Assembly (NCBI GenBank): GCA_001938485.1
Contig: MQRK01180445.1
Span: forward strand, 133,561 to 193,542
Length of the DNA stretch: 59,982 nucleotides
Source of the DNA: Girardia tigrina
Lineage: Eukaryota
Direction: 5' to 3'
The notes beneath the pieces were generated by a model. That model did no database searches and was not told where the DNA came from. It saw only the letters and a program-made list of their open reading frames with translations. A program made the position numbers and the translations under genes. Numbering within the stretch: position 1 is the first letter of the stretch; every line of letters begins with the position of its first letter. Shown piece by piece: positions 51,499 to 59,982 of this stretch.

Positions 51499-54253
51499 TT
51501 ACCAAAAATATCTTCTATCATGTACTTTTCGAATGACTTTATATGGCCCTTCGTATCTCCTTTGATCTTTTGTTCTAGATTCTACGTTTACCAACATCTC
51601 ATATCCTGGAAAGAATTTTCTTCGCCTAATAGCATCCTGGTCCCGCTCATATTGAAATGTTTTACTATTTTTTCCTTCCCATTTCTCCCTACTTATGCGT
51701 CTTCCGAAAATGATTTCAGCTGGACTCATCCCGACAGTCGTCTGTAATGTAGCATTTAATGAGAACTCGATCTCCGGTAGAATCTCTGACCAGTCCGAAC
51801 TTCTTCTTTCATGCAATGTTGCATTTATCAATTTTCTCACCGTACGGAATTGTCGTTCAATTTGTCCGTTTGTGTTATGATGATATGGGCTGGAGAATCT
51901 AATTTCGAAATTCTGTTTCTCTACAAACTCTCTCATCTTTTTTGATTCAAAAACCTTACCGCAATCTACATTCATCGCCCTTGGAGAACCAAATTTCAGT
52001 ATCCAATTCCGCATTATTCCTTTTATTATCGACTCTTCATCTTGTTTCGATATTGATAATAACGTAATGTATTTACTGAACTGATCAAGGATGCCTAGAA
52101 TATATTTCTGGGGTTTTCCAGATAATATCTTCGAGTGACTTTGTGGTTTCATCTTCTGATACAACATCCAATGCACGTGTCTTGATTTTTTCTTTCTTTG
52201 CTTCCTCGAGTTGCATCAAACATTGAGTCCTACATCATAATTCATCCTTGAAAGCATATCAGCATTCGTGTACGAAGATCCTTTTCGAAATTCAAACTTT
52301 ATATCCAGGCTGCTCAGATAGTTAATCCACGTTTGAAACTGCGATGTAATTGGCTTCTTAGTGTTCAGCATAAACGTGATTGCTTTATGGTCGGTACGCA
52401 AAGTAAACCGTTTACCATACAGAAAATGTCTAAAATGGTTACAAAAATAATACATGGCAAGCAATTCTTTTCTTGTAACACAATAGCCCTTCTAGTGCTA
52501 TTCATTGATCGCAACCCATAAGCTACAACTCTTTCATTTCCTTGATCGTCCCTCTGTGCTTACACGGCTCCAATGGTGTCGAAACTAGCATCCGTATCTA
52601 GAATAAAATCTCTTTTCATGTCTGGAAAACACAATAATGGGCTTGTCATTAATGCATTCTTCATCTCTTCGAATGCTTGTCCAATCTCGCTTGTCCAATT
52701 CAGTTTTTTATTGTTATTTGGCCCACATAATTGTTATAATACTCTAGCTTTCTTTACATACTCTTTTATAAATCGACGATAATAATTAAAAATGCCCAAA
52801 AAACTGCGTAAGTTTTTAACACACTTTGGTTTTCCAAATGTTCTAATTGCTTCAATCTTGGACGGGTCCGTTTTTACACCGTCTTCTTTAACTATATGTC
52901 CTAAGAATTTTATTTCCCGTTTCAACAATTGACATTTTCTGAGTTCACCCGCAATCCTGCTTTCCTAATATTGTCTAAAACTTGATTGAAAACAATATAG
53001 TGTTGCTCACGATCTTTTGTATATACCAAGATATCATCTAAGTATACAGTGGAACCCTTGATTCCTCCGACTACCGTTGTCATCATCTCTTGGAAAGTTC
53101 CCGGTGCAGCCGCTATACCAAACGGCATACGAGTAAAACAATACTGTCCTTGCTTTGTAGAAAAGGCCGTTTTCTCTTGAGATTCTTCGTCCAGCTCAAC
53201 TTGATAATAAGCATTTCCAAGGTCAATCGAGCTAAAATACTTGGCACCTCCGAAAGCATCCAACATCTCATCAACATTGGGCATCGGAAAAGCTTGTCTC
53301 TCCGTTATTGCATTTAAACGCCTAAAATCCAAACAGATACGAATATCCTTCTTCTCTTTTTTCCACACATAAATTAATGGTATGTTCCAAGGTGAATTAC
53401 ACTTCCCAATTATATTATTATCATACAAATTTTTTATAGTCTCCATGATTTTTTCTTCAAGATGCATTGGTTGGAAAAAAGGTTTTAAATTAATTGGCTC
53501 CCCATTCGTCTTAATATGATATTTTGCTAAACTGGTACATCCGATATCCCATTTGTCAGCCATGAATACTTCTGCCTGATTCTGAATGACCTCTAACAGT
53601 TTTGAATCTACTTTACCTATGCAATCTAACGCTCTTTTTAATCTCTCTCTTGGCCTTATCACTCTACCAAATTTCGCCTCGATGTTACACACACTTCCAG
53701 GTGCTTCCCTTGATACATTATTGTCTTGAGATTCGTTCCTTTGTATGGAATAACCGAAAATTTTCATGAATACTATGCCTCCTATCAGTTCCGGAACCTC
53801 ACTCTCCACAACAATAAATGGTACTGCTTTCCTTGTCTGACATATATCTACTTCTACCTCTATTTTACCCAATACTTTCAATTTTCCATCGTTGGCACCT
53901 CTCAAATTGATATCGTATTTTTCTAACACCAAATTATTCAAATCTTAATAATACTTCTTACTCATAACATTAACACCTGCTCCTGTATCAAAAAAACACT
54001 CCCACTGTTTCCCCTGAATTTCCACTGTAACGCTCGGACGCCCCTGCATTTTACTGTAACATATCTCTGATTTCTGATCCTCAATCAACGCGTTAACATA
54101 GAATACTTGCTCAAAATTCTTTTTCACAAATCCATATACCTTATTCATCGTTCGCACATCCAGCTCGCATCCGAATCCGTGGGAATTATCTTCTAAGATC
54201 AGTGGCACTCGGCTCCCACCAACTCCCCAATTGGTGGAGCCCAGTCGTTTGGG
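51499..54253 (-). pseudogene. Gypsy pol (PR-RT-RH-IN) with stops and frameshifts
   Basis: Consecutive ORF pieces 53945-54208, 52922-53941, 52734-52928, 52216-52464 and 51499-52176. The integrase HHCC region appears deleted. Confidence 0.93.
54211..54253 (-). promoter_or_regulatory. gag-pol -1 programmed ribosomal frameshift signal
   Basis: Slippery heptamer C CCA AAC in the gag frame (54253-54247), a 5-nt spacer, then stem-loop GGCUCCACCAAUU-GGGG-AGUUGGUGGGAGCC. A -1 slip reads without stops into the protease ORF (…SRVPLILEDNSH). Confidence 0.8.
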
Positions 54254-55233
54254 TACGTCTTATCATTTTTTTCTTCATTATCATCAAATGTGCGTTCTTC
54301 ATCTTCGTTCATTGTGTTGATTTTAAATCTTCGATCATTGTTCTGCATTCTCGATCTTCCATTGTCGTAACCATTATTTTGTCTGCTAGAGTTCACTAAA
54401 CATGCCACTGCTAGATGCCCATTCCGACCACATTTTTCACAACGTTCGCCGATGTCCCTTTTTTCCGCACAAGAAACAAACCAATGGCTGTCTGTTAGGA
54501 CAGTTTCGACTGATGTGCCCAGTCTCTTTACAATTCCAACACTGCACAGGTCTTCTTTGTTGGCAATTTATGCTGAAATGTCCTGGTTGCTGACAAGTAT
54601 AGCATTTGGACTCGGTTGATTCCACTCTTGAGAGTTGTTTTCTCGGCTGAGTCTCATTTACCCATTTTTTAGTTAGCCCAGGAGCCCTGCTGTTTTAAAC
54701 AACAGCTTGATAACTTCGGACAGCATTGATCCTGCTCTTCTTTTCGTGGATTATTTCGTCTACGATTGCAACAAACTCAGATATTTCCTTGGCACTCTTT
54801 AGTTTCCGTAATTTAATTTCACGAACAACATCTTCATCATCAATGCAATGAATTAACATTTGAGCTTTTAGCTTTTCTTCCTCGAGTCTATGTGACAACG
54901 CATTTTTTACCAACCGGTCTACTTTTTTGAAAAAGGTCTGTGCGTTATCAGAACCTTTGCGATAACTCAACAGTTTTCCCAATCCGTCGCGGCTGCTCTC
55001 CGCTTCTCAAACGCTAGCCTTGGCCGATCCTCAAAATTATCAGCTTTACCAGCTGTGTTCTCATATGCTTCCAAGAGATCATCATGTATCATGGAGTAAA
55101 TACATGTTTGCCATTTCTTTTGATTAATTTCCGCTGCTTCAAAATATCTTCTGCAGCGAGAAATAAATTTCTCAAGGTCTTCTCCGATCTGGAACATGTC
55201 GGGAATCACTCGGTTCGTGATTGAATCCGCTAG

Positions 55234-55244
55234 CGCTGCCACCA
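55234..55244 (-). promoter_or_regulatory. Primer binding site, tRNA-Leu type
   Basis: TGGTGGCAGCG immediately follows the LTR-terminal CA and is complementary to the CGCUGCCACCA 3' end of eukaryotic tRNA-Leu(AAG/UAG). Confidence 0.8.
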
Positions 55245-55383
55245 TGTTAAGTTGGACCCTTGGAAGTTTATAAAGGCTCTGGCCAGAGAGCTGTAGGTTG
55301 ATGATGCTACCATCCGACATGTGATTTATGAGGAAAGAAAGAAATGTTATAAAGAACCTAGGAGAAGTATATAAAATGCTCTA

Positions 55384-55540
55384 ATCCACCAGACCCTTCA
55401 AAAAGGGCGTTTTTTGCCACTTTTTCAAAATGATAAAAAAAATATTTTTTTTTTCCATTTTGGCGCGGATCCACCAGACCCTTCAAAAAACGCTGTTTTT
55501 CGCACCTTTTTGAGAATTATTAAAAATCAATATTTTTTAT
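55384..55540. repeat. Two ~85-bp direct repeats downstream of polB (possible Maverick subterminal repeats)
   Basis: ATCCACCAGACCCTTCAAAAA at 55384 and 55469, each followed by CG..TTTTT..CAC.TTTT...AATATTTTTT. Confidence 0.75.
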
Positions 55541-55730
55541 CGATAAAACACTATTAATATTCATTAAATCGAAAAAAATATCAATAAAACGCATATAATA
55601 TTCAAAAAATCAGAAAAAATCGCGATAAAACACTATAAAAATTCAAAAAGTCATATTATTTATAACAAAAATGAGAACTCGAAGAAAAAAAAATAGGCAC
55701 CAAAAAGCCATACCGTAGTATGGCTTGGTT

Positions 55731-55810
55731 TATCATATAGAAATTAAATTTATCATATAGAAATTAAAATTATCATATAGAAACTAAAATTATTATATAG
55801 AAACTAAAAA
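55731..55810. repeat. Four tandem 20-bp repeats adjacent to the polB stop codon
   Basis: TATCATATAGAAA(T/C)TAAA(A/T)T x4. Confidence 0.9.
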
Positions 55811-55817
55811 TAAAAAA

Positions 55818-58800
55818 TTATAACTTATAAGTATCAAATAAATGTTTCGGATTATATCCATGTGGAAAAGAATTTATTGAGTTTTTATAATATCGTCTTT
55901 TATTATCATAACCGGTAGTTCCCTTTTTATTTGTATGTACAATATTTATTTCATGATTTACTGTTTTTATACTGTAATTTTTAACATTAATAATTTCATT
56001 ATCAAATAAAACATTTATTCTATTTTCAAAATTTATATCATCTTTTTTTACTCCTTTATTCTTATTCTTATCAATTATTTTATTTTGATTTTCTATTATT
56101 CTATAGGAATAATCTTTTGATTTAATGGCTAATAAATATTGAATAAATTGCCCTCTTTCTAATTCATCTTTAAATTTTCCTAAATCAGTAGGGTGCACAT
56201 AATCTTTTAATTTGTTATTAATATTTTCCAAGTTATCATAAATTTGAACAAATAATGAATCAGTATCACTATAATGTATTTCAATGTTTCCACTTTTAAA
56301 ATCCCAAATTGGATGAAGAACATTATACACAAAATCATACATAATCAGTTTTGATATTTCCAAAACTGTAAATCCAATGTAATTGAATTTATTGAAATAG
56401 ATTTTAGATTTTTGCATTTCAAGCGCACAAAGATTTCTAGAGAAAGGATGAATAGATTTAAATTCTGGTTTACCAACTAATTTTTTAAAATATTTTCCAT
56501 TGTTAACTATTTTTATGTTGCAGTGATTGCGAACATTTTCTAAAGTCTTCCCATAAAAAGCGTTATTTAATAATTTGAAAAAGAAATCACCAAATGAATC
56601 TTTTTTCTGTTTAGCTTCTTTTCGTTTTTCAATGTTAAATTCAATATATGGTTTCAACCAAGGCGATTTTTCATATTTCAATTTCCTATGTATTTTCTTT
56701 AGAATCATTCCTTGGCTTAAATAGAAATCCAAAGTTCGTCCTTCAACAATATAATTTTCTTTATCAAGAAAATTCAGTGTTAATTTTTCAGTATTTGTTG
56801 AATATTTTTGAGGGAAAACCATTTTTTCATAATTACTCATTCTTTCTATTGGGATTTTCGGAATAATTCTTTCAGGGCTAAAAGGATAATAGAATGATTT
56901 TTTCTTTATTGAATCTGGATATTCCAGATCAACTTCATAAACATAACCATAATTTCTGTTCTCTTTTGATTTTTTATATGTTAATCTTTTGCACCATCTC
57001 ATTTCTCCAGTAGGTAAAAAATATGTCATTGCAGCTGCATATAATGAATTTGCGTCTAAATAGAATATATAACTTTCACGGAAAAATTTATTAAAATCAA
57101 AATTCTTTTTATTTTTTATCATTTTAAATTCTTCAATAATTAAATTATATTCCCAATTATCTGTTTTATATATTTCAAAATCAAAATTTTCTTTATCATC
57201 ACTGAATAAATAATCATTATAAAACTTTTTAAAAAAATCAATTGAACTGGAAATATACTCTTTAAATTTTTTATCAACTTGTGGATTATTAGCTTTTGCA
57301 AATCTATTTCCTAATACCCCTGAAAATCCTCCTCTTGTTCCTTCCTCAAAAAATAATAACATATCATATGTATCTTCTTTAAAATATTTTAATTTTATNN
57401 NNNNNNNNNNNNNNNNNNNNNNNNNNNNNNNNCCAGGAGTTGAAAATCCATAACATGGATCTATCTGAAAATATTCCATACACATTTTTCGAAAATTTTC
57501 AAAGAAGTCTGCCAATAACATCACATCTGTTTTCATATATTGCATCATGTAATCTTGTAAATTTTTACATTTCAAATCTTTCCAATTCTCTTTTGCTATT
57601 TTATATTCCGCTTCGGAAATATTTTTCTGTGTTAATATATCAAAAAATTCACAATGAGGAGGTAATGTCTTTTCTTCTAATTTCTTTTTAATATCTTCAT
57701 AGTTATTCCCAGTTAAATAACTATAAGGAAATATTCCTTTTTTAGGGGCATAAATATGTTTTGATGGATCTAGTTCATGGGGATTTGATAAAAATAATAA
57801 ATTATTTTTAGATAAAATTTTACATTCTTCTTTTTTTAATTTGCTTGTACAATTTTGTAGTGAAGATCCATCTCCAAATTTCCTCGCATCTAAAAATCTT
57901 ATACATCCAATTTGAAAACTTATATAATCTTCACTTGTTTTCGGTAAAACACTTGTTTCGATTTTCATCTCATTACATTTAATAAACAAATCTTTAAAGA
58001 ATAAATGTGTATCGTATTTCGCTCCATTGAAAAAAAATAGTGGTATAAAATTAATTTGTTTAGCATTTAGATTACAAATATTATGTGAGGCTCCTCTATA
58101 TTCCCCAGTTAAATGATTATGATCTCTAACTTTATATTCTTCAAATTTTTCTCCACAATAATGACAAACTTCTGCATCTTGAAAATCTTCTTCCTGTTCT
58201 GGAGACATTACCAAAGGAATGTTTTTCTCTGCAAATATCTTTGTATATTTTTCGTTAATTTCCATTATATAATTAATATATTGTGTAATAACATCTTCCC
58301 CAATGAATTCTCGATAATAACTTTCTTCAATTTCAGGAATATCTGAATGAAAATATACCCCATTTGAAATTGCTTTCTGTCTAACATCATATTTTATTTT
58401 TTCAGTATCTTTAATCTCTGGAGGAGTAACTTCATTGAAATTAATAAAATCTGTTGTTGATGTCTCCATGAATTCATTCTTAAAATTTTCTAATCGATAA
58501 TTTGCAGCTTCAAAATCACTATAGATCACAAATGGAACTCTATTCTTATATTCCCATTTTTCAAAATAATAATATTCCTTTTTTGGGAATACCGCTTTTG
58601 TTGGTTTATTTTCTAAACAATTTTCCACATGTTTTTTAAATCCTGATTTTGTTGTGAAAAAACATAAACAATTCATACACAATTCTTTTCTATGACCATT
58701 ATTGTCATTATTTAATAAAGTTGCTAAATCTCTACAATAAACTAAATGTGAAATTTTATTTTTTGTATATTGAATTATATTAAATCCTTTAGTATTTAAA

Positions 58801-59982
58801 TGTGAAAGTAGAATACAATTTAATTCCCCTTTTTGATTACAATTGAAAACATTAACNAGATTATAATCATCAGTTTGTTGTTTATTGAATTGTTTAAAAT
58901 CATCTAATGTTGCAGGAAATTTAATATCTTTAAATATTAAATCATAATATTCTTGATTTTCGTTGTATATATTCTTATAAATAGAAACTCTATATTTATT
59001 ATTTAAATTTCTAATTTCTTCCCATTTATGGTATTGAATGAAACACCAGAGAAAACATTTATTATCTTCATTTTGAATATTTATAATCTTATGACAATTT
59101 TCAATATTTTTTGGAAATTTAAAATAAATCCCTGAAATAGCATTTGTATAATTCAATCGTATTAGTGTTAAACTTTCTATCCGTTTCACTGATAAATCAG
59201 AAGGCCCCTGCATATGTTCACTGATTCCTTCATTTACCTCCATATATGATTCATTAACAAATGAACGTAAATCCGATCTCGTGCGTATAGTTTTTGACTT
59301 TGAATTTTTAAACACTGGAAAACATTCCTCATAAGTCTTTGTATTGGGATTAATTTGAGTTTTTCTTTCATAAATAACTGATGCTGATAATTCTAATTTA
59401 TAGGGCATTTTCTTTTTTTGTTTTTTTAAAATATTAATTAAATATTTAACATCCTCTTTATCAATAACAAATTTATTTTCTGTTCTGGGAAACCGATTTA
59501 TCAGATATGAACATTCATCATTTTCAACTATTTCCATATTTTCATCTTCTCCAATTCCTTCTCCTTCAATTCCTTGGAGATTCACGTTTCTTATATGTTG
59601 TATACTTCTATTATGAGAAGCAATTCCCGATTTATTTTTAAAATGTTTTCTACAATATGAGCAATATAATGGATTATTATTTTCAATATCATTTCCATCT
59701 AAAGATTCACATTCATTATCTGTACTCATTTCCTCTTCGTCTAATTTTTTTTCTTTATTTATTTTTATAACAAAATCTTTTTCATCATCACTATCACCAA
59801 AATTGAAATCGATATCTCCCCTAATAATATTGGCTAGAATATTATTGGATTCAGTATCTGTTTCAATTTCTTCTTCATCTTCAATATTAATACTAAAATC
59901 AAAATCATATCTATTATTTAGATCATTCTCACAGAATAACCACTCTAAATTCAAACTCTCTTCATCCCAAATATCAAATTTT
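55818..59982 (-). CDS. Maverick/Polinton (adintovirus-like) protein-primed DNA polymerase B with endonuclease VII-like insertion; 5'-partial
   Basis: Stop-free for more than 1378 codons apart from N positions. ExoI YSDFE, ExoII FNGAKYD, KGIFPY, ExoIII YMKTDV, RGG, motif A YLDANSLY, motif B KLLNNAFYGK, motif C YSDTDS and KGV are present. The EndoVII-like segment reads CHYC...VRDHNHLTGEYRGASHNICN. An N-terminal C2H2 finger and INIQNEDNKCFLWC are also present. The track start is a TTG, and the frame stays open to the window edge (KFDIWDEES). Confidence 0.95.
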   Translation of the reverse strand, partial: KFDIWDEESLNLEWLFCENDLNNRYDFDFSINIEDEEEIETDTESNNILANIIRGDIDFNFGDSDDEKDFVIKINKEKKLDEEEMSTDNECESLDGNDIENNNPLYCSYCRKHFKNKSGIASHNRSIQHIRNVNLQGIEGEGIGEDENMEIVENDECSYLINRFPRTENKFVIDKEDVKYLINILKKQKKKMPYKLELSASVIYERKTQINPNTKTYEECFPVFKNSKSKTIRTRSDLRSFVNESYMEVNEGISEHMQGPSDLSVKRIESLTLIRLNYTNAISGIYFKFPKNIENCHKIINIQNEDNKCFLWCFIQYHKWEEIRNLNNKYRVSIYKNIYNENQEYYDLIFKDIKFPATLDDFKQFNKQQTDDYNXVNVFNCNQKGELNCILLSHLNTKGFNIIQYTKNKISHLVYCRDLATLLNNDNNGHRKELCMNCLCFFTTKSGFKKHVENCLENKPTKAVFPKKEYYYFEKWEYKNRVPFVIYSDFEAANYRLENFKNEFMETSTTDFINFNEVTPPEIKDTEKIKYDVRQKAISNGVYFHSDIPEIEESYYREFIGEDVITQYINYIMEINEKYTKIFAEKNIPLVMSPEQEEDFQDAEVCHYCGEKFEEYKVRDHNHLTGEYRGASHNICNLNAKQINFIPLFFFNGAKYDTHLFFKDLFIKCNEMKIETSVLPKTSEDYISFQIGCIRFLDARKFGDGSSLQNCTSKLKKEECKILSKNNLLFLSNPHELDPSKHIYAPKKGIFPYSYLTGNNYEDIKKKLEEKTLPPHCEFFDILTQKNISEAEYKIAKENWKDLKCKNLQDYMMQYMKTDVMLLADFFENFRKMCMEYFQIDPCYGFSTPXXXXXXXXXXXXIKLKYFKEDTYDMLLFFEEGTRGGFSGVLGNRFAKANNPQVDKKFKEYISSSIDFFKKFYNDYLFSDDKENFDFEIYKTDNWEYNLIIEEFKMIKNKKNFDFNKFFRESYIFYLDANSLYAAAMTYFLPTGEMRWCKRLTYKKSKENRNYGYVYEVDLEYPDSIKKKSFYYPFSPERIIPKIPIERMSNYEKMVFPQKYSTNTEKLTLNFLDKENYIVEGRTLDFYLSQGMILKKIHRKLKYEKSPWLKPYIEFNIEKRKEAKQKKDSFGDFFFKLLNNAFYGKTLENVRNHCNIKIVNNGKYFKKLVGKPEFKSIHPFSRNLCALEMQKSKIYFNKFNYIGFTVLEISKLIMYDFVYNVLHPIWDFKSGNIEIHYSDTDSLFVQIYDNLENINNKLKDYVHPTDLGKFKDELERGQFIQYLLAIKSKDYSYRIIENQNKIIDKNKNKGVKKDDINFENRINVLFDNEIINVKNYSIKTVNHEINIVHTNKKGTTGYDNKRRYYKNSINSFPHGYNPKHLFDTYKL

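Larger units (their letters stand above)
54199..55245 (-). pseudogene. Gypsy gag, broken into four ORF pieces
   Basis: MVAALADSITNRVIPDMF... start, then CYTCQQPGHFSINC, CWNCKETGHISRNC and CFLCGKKGH knuckles. Confidence 0.88.
51063..55380 (-). mobile_element. Ty3/Gypsy LTR retrotransposon (family B): complete internal region, disrupted ORFs, both LTRs partial
   Basis: Domain order: gag (three CCHC knuckles at 54437-54625), protease (FFDTGAGVN), RT (ICLDFRRLN, IDLGNAYYQ, RMPFG, YLDD), RNase H (FILDTDASFDTIG, LRTDHKAI), integrase (ILDQFSKY, NVDCG, YHHNTNGQIER, YEGPYKV). A PPT at 51449-51455 precedes TGTAAGAG. The 5' LTR end ...TTAACA at 55245 abuts the PBS. Outer boundaries are approximate. Confidence 0.95.

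Noticed and set aside
55731-55810. CRISPR-like array
   Set aside because: The repeats are head-to-tail with no spacers, no cas genes are present, and the context is eukaryotic.
59952-59954. Annotated start of the 1378-aa ORF
   Set aside because: The codon is TTG and the frame is open to the window edge, so the real start lies outside or at a downstream ATG.

Overview
A very AT-rich eukaryotic (animal) genomic window with several N-gaps, made almost entirely of decayed mobile DNA. The TE mix (cecropia-type mariners, Gypsy elements, Chapaev3, Penelope) would fit a planarian-like invertebrate, but that is inference. The only convincing host exon is a 117-bp phase-1/phase-1 immunoglobulin-domain exon at 46397-46513 (+), so most of the window is probably intron of one large Ig-superfamily gene. 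The right end holds a nested stack, all on the minus strand: a stop-free Maverick/Polinton protein-primed DNA polymerase B ORF (55818 to beyond the window edge), a broken Ty3/Gypsy element that keeps its tRNA-Leu PBS, PPT and a clean -1 frameshift signal, and a zinc-finger non-LTR fragment. Elsewhere are a second Gypsy fragment with its LTR and three related solo LTRs, three mariners, a long-TIR DD41D element, a piggyBac-type MITE, a Helitron, and two Penelope remnants, one with an inverted pair of minimal hammerhead ribozymes. The most unusual feature is an unclassified ~2.8-kb element at ~11480-14250. It opens with an AG terminus and a GC palindrome, carries four RFX X-box-like motifs at exact 21-bp spacing plus two 27-bp double-X-box palindromes, and contains an intronless, frameshifted multi-pass membrane gene resembling gustatory-receptor-like (7TMIC/GrlHz-type) proteins. 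All family assignments come from motif recognition by eye; no searches were run.
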